25,014 nt of DNA from a virus (Duplodnaviria > Caudoviricetes), in the IMG/VR virus record IMGVR_UViG_3300017589_000016, positions 1-25,014 of that record; one strand, written 5' to 3'. The stretch's first letter is position 1; each line of letters begins with the position of its first letter. The translations under genes and the position numbers were made by a program. Under the pieces are notes generated by a model. That model searched no databases, was not told where the DNA came from, and was given only the letters and a program-made list of their open reading frames with translations. Below are positions 16,134-23,609 of this stretch, one piece after another.

Positions 16134-17261
16134 TCACTTTTTCATGACGTTGCCGAAAATTTCCGCGGTGATTCGTTTCTTTTCTTCGTTCGTATGTGTG
16201 TAAATGGATGCCGTGGTATTGATATTTTTGTGGCCCAACATGTTTTGGATTTCCTTCAATGCCACGCCTTGATTATACAAGTACGATGCCGACGTGTGCC
16301 GTAAGTCGTGGAACCGGATTTCCCTCAGCTTGTGCTTTTTGACAAAGTTCCGAAAGACATTCCCGACGGTAGCCGCAGAAAGGAACTTGCCGAACAGATA
16401 GCCGTCCCGATCGGATAGGTTTCTGAATGGAGGGCCGAAGTGCATCTCTGCATCAAATTCTTGGAGCAGGTCAAGCACCGGATCCGGCATATACATTTCT
16501 TTGACCGTGTTCGTCTTCGTTTCGTTCTGGATGCGGAAGCCTTGTCCATGCGTATTGATGACCGTCTGCTCAAAGGTTATCCTTCTATCTGCGTAATTGA
16601 TATGCTTGTTCTGCAAGGCGCCGATTTCCCCGGCACGGCCTCCGGTTACGATGGCAAGCGTGATGATAACCCGCGTGCGGATCCGTTCGTCTTCCAATTT
16701 CTCGAACAGGTCTATCAATTCCAATTCTGAGTAAGGCTCATTTTGCTTGGCTGCTGCTTTACCTTTCCCGATCTTCGCACGGTCGCACGGATTCCGGTCA
16801 ACCAGTTCCCAATCAAGCGCAGCATCAAACACGCTCTTGATGGCAGATTTTATAATCACCTTGCTTCGTTGTGTCAATTCGTCACCAGTCCGCAGATTTT
16901 TAGCCGTGCTGATGATTTGCTGGATATCCAATGGAGTTATCTCGTTTAATAGTTTGTCGCCTAAAACAGGCAAATAACGCCCATTCAATATTTCAATGTA
17001 TCTGGCGACGGTTTGAGTCTTCAGCACCTCGCGTGCGTATTTGTTCAGCCATTCATCTACAAACTCGGATAGGTTGGGTAGTTGCTTCTTGTCGGCCGAT
17101 TCGCTTTCCAGTGCGATTTCCCACAAGGTCAACTCCTTCACGGCATCGCGCTTGTTTGTTGCGGCCGCTGTCTTGCTTTTTCGGATTGGATTGCCGTTGG
17201 GCTTATACCCGACTACCGTCCGCATGATGTACTTTTTCCCACGTTTTTCAATACTTCCCAT
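16134..17261 (-). CDS. int: Tyrosine integrase
   Basis: Arm-binding N-terminus; catalytic TGGRAGE, FHDLRH, LGH, IYTH; GGAGGTG RBS favours start 17261. Confidence 0.96.
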   Translation of the reverse strand: MGSIEKRGKKYIMRTVVGYKPNGNPIRKSKTAAATNKRDAVKELTLWEIALESESADKKQLPNLSEFVDEWLNKYAREVLKTQTVARYIEILNGRYLPVLGDKLLNEITPLDIQQIISTAKNLRTGDELTQRSKVIIKSAIKSVFDAALDWELVDRNPCDRAKIGKGKAAAKQNEPYSELELIDLFEKLEDERIRTRVIITLAIVTGGRAGEIGALQNKHINYADRRITFEQTVINTHGQGFRIQNETKTNTVKEMYMPDPVLDLLQEFDAEMHFGPPFRNLSDRDGYLFGKFLSAATVGNVFRNFVKKHKLREIRFHDLRHTSASYLYNQGVALKEIQNMLGHKNINTTASIYTHTNEEKKRITAEIFGNVMKK

Positions 17262-17290
17262 GTTTGCACCTCCCATGTTATAATAGGAGT

Positions 17291-17344
17291 ATCAAATAAA
17301 TGCTTTGCTTCGTACGTCCCTATCGCCAATAGGGGCGTTTTTTT
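17291..17344 (+). ncRNA. Candidate antisense sRNA upstream of int
   Basis: TGTTATAAT 17276-17284; terminator ACGTCCCTAT-CGCCA-ATAGGGGCGT + T run on the + strand; partial complementarity to the int start. Confidence 0.5.
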
Positions 17345-17774
17345 ATTTTGGAACAGGAACGACAAATGTTTTTTCCTTTTCCATAGCAACGTCTTGAACG
17401 GTTATTTCTACATCTTCATCAAAATTATCAGGTTTAAACTTAACATATATGTTGTTTTCAGTAGCATCATAAACCTCTGAATACATAAACGTGCCGCTAT
17501 CGATAACATCTTCTAAATATACTCCATTTTGTTCCGCTAAAAAAATAATGCCAGATGACACAAATGAATCTTTATTCATGCTATCTTCATCGCTCCCGCG
17601 TATCCATTTAATTTTTACAACCAAATTACCATCATCGTCAATAGTAGCATTTTGTGGCGATAGTTTAATATCACCGAATCGGAGTGTATCTACTTCAGTT
17701 AAATCCGTCTCGTCGTTTGAACATCCTGTTAAAAATATACCGAAAAAAATAATTAAAAATAACAACTTCTTCAT
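17343..17774 (-). CDS. Lipoprotein (DUF5067-like; possible superinfection exclusion)
   Basis: MKK-hydrophobic-LTGC lipobox; acidic; AT-rich; lies between cI and int. Confidence 0.8.
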   Translation of the reverse strand: MKKLLFLIIFFGIFLTGCSNDETDLTEVDTLRFGDIKLSPQNATIDDDGNLVVKIKWIRGSDEDSMNKDSFVSSGIIFLAEQNGVYLEDVIDSGTFMYSEVYDATENNIYVKFKPDNFDEDVEITVQDVAMEKEKTFVVPVPK

Positions 17775-17824
17775 TTTACCCCTCCTGAAAGTATTGAAAC
17801 ATATCTAGATTTTTATTTGTTATA

Positions 17825-17852
17825 TTGATTTAGTCAAAATCTTTGTTATAAT
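17825..17852 (+). promoter_or_regulatory. Sigma-A promoter for candidate anti-cI sRNA
   Basis: TTGATT-16 bp-TATAAT with TG extension. Confidence 0.72.
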
Positions 17853-17858
17853 CAAGTT

Positions 17859-17915
17859 ACCCATATCGCATCATAGCACTAGCCCTTGCTCTCCTTTGAG
17901 CAGGGGCGTTTTTTT
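17859..17915 (+). ncRNA. Candidate sRNA complementary to cI start codon region
   Basis: Promoter plus terminator (GCCCTTGCTC/GAGCAGGGGC + T run); first 20 nt match the antisense of the cI start in 9+7 nt blocks. Confidence 0.65.
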
Positions 17916-18534
17916 ACACTTTTGCTACAAACTCAATCGCTTTACCAATTATCCGCGCTGGATTATCTTCATTTACTAATATAGGTGGGTAGGCCGGATT
18001 AATGGCTTCCAACAACATAATGCCATCTATTTTCCTCACACGCTTCAGCGTTCCTTCTGTATCTCCATTAAGCAGCACAGCTGCAATTTCGCCATTCTCC
18101 ACATCATTCTGCACCCGGCAGAGGACAAGTGATTTATCAGGTATCTTCGGTTCCATACTATCACCTTTTGCTTCTAGTAAATAAATCTCGCCGCTTGGTA
18201 AATTTGATTTATTGTATTTCTTATAGTAAGACACATTCTGTTCTGCGGTTATAGGGTCACCGCATGCAATTGTTCCAATAACAGGTATATCTACCACTTC
18301 CTCCACATATCTTATATTGTCCAATTTATCCAATTCATCCAAGGCCATCAAATAAGAAGGCGATACTTCAAACAACTCACTCATTTTCTTAATAACAGAT
18401 CGCTTCATATTCTCAACATTACCTTTTTCGTACTTCGCGATAGCAGATTTCTGCATACCGACTTTTGCTCCCAACTCTTCTTGTGTCCACCCCTTTAAAT
18501 TACGAAGATATTTAATTCTTTCACCCATATCCAT
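17914..18534 (-). CDS. cI: CI-type repressor, HTH + S24 autopeptidase (LexA-like)
   Basis: HTH TQEELG..VG..KSAIAKYEKG; IACG cleavage site; GDSM Ser and TLKR Lys; GGGAG RBS 8 nt before ATG 18534. Confidence 0.95.
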   Translation of the reverse strand: MDMGERIKYLRNLKGWTQEELGAKVGMQKSAIAKYEKGNVENMKRSVIKKMSELFEVSPSYLMALDELDKLDNIRYVEEVVDIPVIGTIACGDPITAEQNVSYYKKYNKSNLPSGEIYLLEAKGDSMEPKIPDKSLVLCRVQNDVENGEIAAVLLNGDTEGTLKRVRKIDGIMLLEAINPAYPPILVNEDNPARIIGKAIEFVAKV

Positions 18535-18632
18535 AGCAATCGCTCCCATTCATAGCATGTATCTAAATTATCACATTTCGCTTTAAAAGTCGATTGAAAG
18601 AAAACTAAGTTGAAAAATAAGACACAAAAAGC

Positions 18633-18661
18633 TTGACCTCTGATAATCGCGATGTTATTAT
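18633..18661 (+). promoter_or_regulatory. Early lytic promoter
   Basis: TTGACC-17 bp-TATTAT with TG extension. Confidence 0.78.
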
Positions 18662-18665
18662 AAGG

Positions 18666-18682
18666 GTGTCCTAAAAAGACAC
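18666..18682. promoter_or_regulatory. Repressor operator (17-bp palindrome)
   Basis: GTGTCCTAAAAAGACAC over the lytic start site; half-site AAGACAC at 18619-18625. Confidence 0.75.
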
Positions 18683-18702
18683 AACGAAAGAAGGTGAGAA
18701 AA

Positions 18703-18909
18703 TTGGACAAAGCAAGAATAAAATCGCTGATGGTTTTGAACGGTGATAATTTAGCCACGTTGTCTAGGGTAGTTGGATGCACACGAGAAACACTTTCCAA
18801 GAAAATAAACGAGTGGGAAGGTTCAGAGTTTACACAATCCGAAATAAAAGCAATAAAGAACAGATACAACCTAACGCCTGAAGAGGTTGATCAAATTTTT
18901 TTTGCATAA
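18703..18909 (+). CDS. cro: Cro-like HTH protein (DUF739-like)
   Basis: Divergent from cI; LSKKIN..SEFTQSEI..I...L.....IFF pattern; TTG start after AAGGTG (GTG 18694 is an alternative). Confidence 0.85.
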   Translation: MDKARIKSLMVLNGDNLATLSRVVGCTRETLSKKINEWEGSEFTQSEIKAIKNRYNLTPEEVDQIFFA

Positions 18910-18912
18910 AAG

Positions 18913-18929
18913 GTGTCTGAAAAAGACAC
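18913..18929. promoter_or_regulatory. Distal operator downstream of cro
   Basis: GTGTCTGAAAAAGACAC, perfect GTGTCT-N5-AGACAC. Confidence 0.75.
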
Positions 18930-19011
18930 ATAATTATCTATCTCTATTGTATTCCTACTTATAACCAATTGCACGGGTGGTTACCGTAAAAACGAAAAAA
19001 GGAGAAAAAAC

Positions 19012-19788
19012 ATGGAATTACAAATTTTAAACAAAAACGCGGAGACGAGTTATTCAGTTATCGATTCAAGAGAAGTTGCAGAAATGGTCGAAAAGGAACA
19101 TGGAAAACTACTTAGAGACATTCGGACGTATGCGGATTATTTAGCTGAAGCCAACTTTGGCTTGAGTGAATTCTTCTTAGAATCATCGTACAGAGATGTG
19201 AACAACAAAGAACAACCCTGCTACCTGATAACTAAACAAGGCTGTGAAATGGTGGCAAACAAGTTGACCGGGAAAAAAGGCGTACTGTTCACGGCTAAAT
19301 ACGTCAAAAAGTTCAATGAAATGGAAACCGCGACACAACACAAGCTGCCTACCACATTTGCAGAAGCGTTAAGACTTGCTGCCGATACCGCAGAAGAAAA
19401 CGAGCAGTTGAAACTTGATAACGAAGTAAAGGCGCAACTAATCGCAGAGTACGAGCCAATCATTTCATACGTTGACACAATCCTAAGCGCTAAGGGAACG
19501 GTAGCCACAACGCAGATCGCGGCAGATTATGGCATGTCTGCATACAGGATGAATAAAACGCTCCATGAGTTAGGTGTTCAAAGAAATGTGGGTGGTCAAT
19601 GGATTCTGTATCAAAAACACATGAACAACGGGTTCACGAAATCCGAAACATTCCACTTCAATAAATCGGATGGATCGCCTGCAACAACTATGAACACAAA
19701 ATGGACGCAAAAAGGCAGATTGTTCATTTATGACTTGCTGAAAGAAAACGGCATCTTGCCATCAATAGAAATGGAGACAAAAAAATGA
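19012..19788 (+). CDS. ant: Antirepressor, Rha N-terminal + KilAC C-terminal
   Basis: IDSREVAEMV..EH..LLRDI, FTAKYV..FNEME; LPTTFAEALRLAA; TQIAADYGMSA, KWTQKGRLFIY. Confidence 0.9.
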   Translation: MELQILNKNAETSYSVIDSREVAEMVEKEHGKLLRDIRTYADYLAEANFGLSEFFLESSYRDVNNKEQPCYLITKQGCEMVANKLTGKKGVLFTAKYVKKFNEMETATQHKLPTTFAEALRLAADTAEENEQLKLDNEVKAQLIAEYEPIISYVDTILSAKGTVATTQIAADYGMSAYRMNKTLHELGVQRNVGGQWILYQKHMNNGFTKSETFHFNKSDGSPATTMNTKWTQKGRLFIYDLLKENGILPSIEMETKK

Positions 19789-20066
19789 ACGAATTAGAGA
19801 AAGCGATTTTCAACGAATTAGAAGCCGCTGCCGATTTCAAAGATTTTTTCCTGAAGGTAAGCATCCTACAATCACATTTCAACAAAAAGGAATTGAAGGA
19901 ATTGGCCGGGGTTATCACAGGCGAACATTTTATCGGTAAGTTCGGCGGAACGGCGATAACTTACATGAACGACAACATACATAAAGAAAGAGCATTACCG
20001 TTCAACAATATTTCTGAATCCATTAGAATCCGCCGTATCCTTGCTGAATATGAAATGGAGGTATAG
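19785..20066 (+). CDS. Hypothetical protein
   Basis: ATGA coupling, GGAG RBS. Confidence 0.7.
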   Translation: MNELEKAIFNELEAAADFKDFFLKVSILQSHFNKKELKELAGVITGEHFIGKFGGTAITYMNDNIHKERALPFNNISESIRIRRILAEYEMEV

Positions 20067-20068
20067 CA

Positions 20069-20254
20069 ATGGATGAGAAAGTCTTGACCGCAACTGAAGC
20101 GGCTGCCTTCCTGCGGATCTCTAAAAACAGCCTGTACGCCTATGCCAAGTCAAAAGACGAGGAATTACGCATACCTGGCAGGAGAGTGGGAAAGGATTGG
20201 CGCTTCCACAAGGACGCATTGGAGCAATGGCTGAAAGAGGGGATGACGGTATGA
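20069..20254 (+). CDS. Excisionase-like HTH_17 DNA-binding protein
   Basis: VLTATEAAAFLRIS...IPGRRVGKDWRF..ALEQWL. Confidence 0.82.
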   Translation: MDEKVLTATEAAAFLRISKNSLYAYAKSKDEELRIPGRRVGKDWRFHKDALEQWLKEGMTV

Positions 20255-20445
20255 GAATCGCAAAATTTAGAGAAGGGCAAAAAGTTGTTGGGAGTGGTCG
20301 TAATAACAAGGGTATTATCGCCACAGTAATCAATACAAATGTCCATACGCCGACAAGGAATGACGTGATGGTTAAGTACTATGACAACAGCGGATTTCTT
20401 TCTTTTGACAGCGGGCCGGAATCAACGTGGGAGGTAATCGCATGA
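20251..20445 (+). CDS. Hypothetical protein
   Basis: ATGA-coupled start 20251 (MRIAKFREGQKV). Confidence 0.7.
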   Translation: MRIAKFREGQKVVGSGRNNKGIIATVINTNVHTPTRNDVMVKYYDNSGFLSFDSGPESTWEVIA

Positions 20446-20570
20446 AAATATTCAGCGAAGAATTTGAAAATAAACTGGTAGCTGCAATCGGGATATCAGT
20501 CGTCGTATTTATCGCATTGGTATTCGCCGGGATCTTCGGCGGTATCGAACAAGGATTGTTATGGAGGTAA
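20442..20570 (+). CDS. 42-aa single-TM membrane protein (below ORF track cutoff)
   Basis: GGAGG RBS, ATGA overlap; MKIFSEEFENKLVAAIGISVVVFIALVFAGIFGGIEQGLLWR. Confidence 0.72.
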   Translation: MKIFSEEFENKLVAAIGISVVVFIALVFAGIFGGIEQGLLWR

Positions 20571-20574
20571 CGTA

Positions 20575-20769
20575 ATGAGCGCTGATAGAAAAAACGTTTT
20601 ATGGCTCGCGCTGATGCTATTTTTTCTAATAGTCGTTTGGGCGTACCAAACAATCGAGTTTAAAGCTGAAATCGAGCAACTGAAGTTTGAAGCAAGTTTC
20701 CAACTCAAGCAACGCGATTACGGACTCAGCACGATGGAACATAATTACCGCGGTCAAACGGCAGAATAG
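20575..20769 (+). CDS. Small membrane-anchored hypothetical protein
   Basis: GGAGG RBS; N-terminal TM helix plus short coiled coil. Confidence 0.7.
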   Translation: MSADRKNVLWLALMLFFLIVVWAYQTIEFKAEIEQLKFEASFQLKQRDYGLSTMEHNYRGQTAE

Positions 20770-20780
20770 GAGTAGTCACG

Positions 20781-20972
20781 ATGGATTCCAAACACAGAAA
20801 AATAAGCGTGATTGAATTGTATGGATTTGAAACGGACGAGGATGTCCAGGAGTTTTTCGGAGAAATATTAGCCAACCACAAATGGGGCAAGGGCCAATTC
20901 ATCAAAATAAGCACCCTTGATGATATTGGGGTAGCCAAGATTGACAAGCACCTGCTTCACGGAAAGGAGTAA
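20781..20972 (+). CDS. Hypothetical protein
   Basis: AGGAG RBS; in operon. Confidence 0.65.
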   Translation: MDSKHRKISVIELYGFETDEDVQEFFGEILANHKWGKGQFIKISTLDDIGVAKIDKHLLHGKE

Positions 20973-20976
20973 TTGG

Positions 20977-21213
20977 ATGAACATGCAAAAAGTAACCGAC
21001 ACACTCGCAAAGCACGGCGTCAGCCATCGCTTGATCGCGCCACACGTCATGCAGATTCACCGGCTTGTTGATGGCAGCAGTCAACCGGTACTGGAATACG
21101 ACGTAAAACACAATTTCACGCGGTTTATCGGACGGTTCCGGGAAATGAAGGGCAAGGATAAAGTCGAATTGAAAAGTGTTGTAGAGAGCCTGAAAGCTGT
21201 CAACGTACATTGA
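20977..21213 (+). CDS. Hypothetical protein
   Basis: AAGGAG RBS before ATG 20977. Confidence 0.65.
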   Translation: MNMQKVTDTLAKHGVSHRLIAPHVMQIHRLVDGSSQPVLEYDVKHNFTRFIGRFREMKGKDKVELKSVVESLKAVNVH

Positions 21214-21226
21214 GGAGGAAATGAAA

Positions 21227-21475
21227 ATGAATAAACGTATGAAGAAGAAACAAGCAAAAAACGAAGCGAGGGCAGTCGATACTGGGCTGTGCACGTTGTT
21301 GCTGCTATCTCAAAAGAGAGGAATGAACTTTTCGACACAACCAGATATAGGCGGCGTGTATGTTTGGAGCCTTGAAACAAAACAAGGCGTATCGTCGGGA
21401 TACATCAAGAACTGGCCGCATGCGACACCGCTACAGGAAGTTAGCCGCATGATCAAAGAAGTCGTTGAATATTGA
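21227..21475 (+). CDS. Hypothetical protein with basic N-terminus
   Basis: GAGGAGG RBS; MNKRMKKKQ start (ATG 21221 is an alternative). Confidence 0.65.
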   Translation: MNKRMKKKQAKNEARAVDTGLCTLLLLSQKRGMNFSTQPDIGGVYVWSLETKQGVSSGYIKNWPHATPLQEVSRMIKEVVEY

Positions 21476-21517
21476 AAAACCGCCTATTGGAGTAGGCGGC
21501 ATGAACAAACTTATTAC
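21474..21517 (-). ncRNA. Candidate antisense sRNA upstream of gam-like gene
   Basis: Minus-strand TGGTATAAT (21530-21522); terminator CCGCCTA-CTCCAA-TAGGCGG + T5; seed complementary to the downstream start codon. Confidence 0.55.
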
Positions 21518-21548
21518 ATACATTATACCATCCTGAGGAGGAAATAGC

Positions 21549-22097
21549 ATGAACCAATTACAGGCAGAAGAACTCACTTTGTGGGACGAAGTAACCGAAG
21601 AAGTCGAAGCAGAAGCGCCTTTCAAAATTAGCGATTTAAGCGGTGCTGATTGGGCTTTCGAGAAATTAGCATCCATCCATGCACGTATGAAAGAAAAAGA
21701 ACAACTGGCCGAAGAAAAGCGGTTCAAAATTGATACGTGGCTTGAAACGGTAACGGCAGAAGACAAGCGCAGCGCCGAGTATTTTGAAGCCCTGCTGATT
21801 ACCTACTATCAAGAACTGCGCTCAAAGGATCCGAAAGCAAAATTATCCACGCCTGCCGGGAAAGTCACGAGCCGCAAGTTGCAACCAAAATGGGAGTTCG
21901 ACGAAGAACGCGCGATCGAATACTTCAAACTGGCACATCCGGAAATTATCGCGGTCAAAGAATCATTTAACAAAACGGAAGCTAAAAAGTTGCTGCAGCC
22001 GATCGGAGGAAATCAAGTCATCGATGAAAATGGCGAAGTATTAGAATTCGTGGCCGTGATTCCGCAAGGCGAAAGCTACACCGTCAAAGTAGATTAA
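21549..22097 (+). CDS. Gam-like host-nuclease inhibitor
   Basis: FKISDLSGADWAFEKL, coiled coil, LSTPAGKVTSRK; precedes the annealase. Confidence 0.8.
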   Translation: MNQLQAEELTLWDEVTEEVEAEAPFKISDLSGADWAFEKLASIHARMKEKEQLAEEKRFKIDTWLETVTAEDKRSAEYFEALLITYYQELRSKDPKAKLSTPAGKVTSRKLQPKWEFDEERAIEYFKLAHPEIIAVKESFNKTEAKKLLQPIGGNQVIDENGEVLEFVAVIPQGESYTVKVD

Positions 22098-22109
22098 GGA
22101 GTGATTGGT

Positions 22110-22922
22110 ATGGCTGAAGAAGTTAAAAATCCGACATTCGAAGATTTATATCAACGAGATATAAAAAAGTATGTTGAAAAGTTAAAAAAAGAGTACACGG
22201 ATAAAAAAACAAACCAGAAAAAATATTTTGAATTATCTTATCTCAGTTGGGCGTACGGACACCGCGAAATGAAACGCATTGACCCAGGCGCCACCGAACA
22301 CGTTCATGAGTTCCCGATGATGATAAACGGACAAGTGGTAGTTGGTGTTAGCGTCCCATATTTATGGACTCCAAATGGGTTTTTTGTCCAAAACACAGTG
22401 ACGATAAACGGTAGGAGCGAAACGGAGTGGCTGCCGGTTCTAGATAATTCCAACAGGCCGATACCTAATCCAAACAGCTTCCAGATTAACACGAGTAATA
22501 AACGGTGCTTTGTAAAGGCACTAGCAAAGCATGGGCTAGGATTATATCTGTATATCGGCGAAGACTTGCCGGAAAATATTTCCGAAGATTCTCAGCCGAG
22601 CGAAAAAGGGAATACGAATAGCGAGCCGCCGGAAGCAAAAGTAAAAATTGCGTCTTACGAAGAAAAAGACCGCCTGATGAACAAGTTGCGTGAATATGTC
22701 GCGATTCGCGGTATGGACGACGAAGCCGGATTGAATCAAATGGTCGGATGGATATGCAAGCAAACGAAGGCAAAATCATTTGACGTGCTGACAAGCCCGC
22801 AAGCATTCAGCGCCACAGAGAAAATCGATCAGTTGATACTGGCTGAATTTCAGAAGACGGACGAGCCAAAATCTGAACAAGAGGGATTAGATTTCACGTA
22901 TCCGCAGGCTGATGCTAAATGA
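22110..22922 (+). CDS. Single-strand annealing protein, Sak3/DUF1071-like
   Basis: LSYLSWA, WLPVLD..N, INTSNKRCFVKALAKHGLGLYLYIGEDLP. Confidence 0.85.
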   Translation: MAEEVKNPTFEDLYQRDIKKYVEKLKKEYTDKKTNQKKYFELSYLSWAYGHREMKRIDPGATEHVHEFPMMINGQVVVGVSVPYLWTPNGFFVQNTVTINGRSETEWLPVLDNSNRPIPNPNSFQINTSNKRCFVKALAKHGLGLYLYIGEDLPENISEDSQPSEKGNTNSEPPEAKVKIASYEEKDRLMNKLREYVAIRGMDDEAGLNQMVGWICKQTKAKSFDVLTSPQAFSATEKIDQLILAEFQKTDEPKSEQEGLDFTYPQADAK

Positions 22923-23596
22923 GATACGTCGGCAACCTGAAAGAACTCAACGGCAAGCGGATCATTACTTTCGAAGTGGATGAGGACGTCGATATCGGAG
23001 AGCTGCAACGCTTTTCCGATACATCCATCATCACGGCCGAGATCCTTTTCTCAGACAATCGAAGCATAAGCGCCGAACAACGGAAGAAGATATTCGCAAT
23101 CTTTGGCGACATAGCGAAATGGAGCGGCTTCTTTCCGCGAGAAATAGAGGACTTGATGAAATACCGCTTCTTATCACAACAAGGCGGAGAATGGTTCTCT
23201 ATGGCAAATACTGACAAGACGACAGCAAGGCTTTTCATCACGTATCTAATCGATTTCTGCATTCAGAATGGCATCCAATTACAGACGCCTGGTTACAAGT
23301 TAGCTGAGGATATCGGCGCTTATATCTATTCGTGCCTAGCAAGGCGCGTCTGCTGCATCACCGGACAAGAGGCGGCCGATATCCATCACGTTGAAGGCAG
23401 TAGGGTTGGCATGGGAGGCAATCGCAACAAGGTGAACAACGCAGAGCGCTTCCTGCTTCCGGTCAACCGATACTGGCATGAACGGCTGCACACAGAAGGC
23501 GAAGAACGCATATTCAATACATTCCACATATATGGCATCAAGGTTGATGTTCCGACACTCAAGGCACTCGGATTAAAAGCGGAAGACATCACATAG
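22919..23596 (+). CDS. Putative HNHc nuclease (DUF968-like)
   Basis: ISAEQRKKIFA..GDIA; CCITG..ADIHH...VGMGGNR...WHERLH. Confidence 0.8.
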   Translation: MRYVGNLKELNGKRIITFEVDEDVDIGELQRFSDTSIITAEILFSDNRSISAEQRKKIFAIFGDIAKWSGFFPREIEDLMKYRFLSQQGGEWFSMANTDKTTARLFITYLIDFCIQNGIQLQTPGYKLAEDIGAYIYSCLARRVCCITGQEAADIHHVEGSRVGMGGNRNKVNNAERFLLPVNRYWHERLHTEGEERIFNTFHIYGIKVDVPTLKALGLKAEDIT

Positions 23597-23609
23597 GAGG
23601 TTCTACAGT

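Noticed and set aside
17298-17310. int-proximal sRNA pairing with cro codons 2-4 (CAAAGCA)
   Set aside because: Only 7 nt, expected by chance
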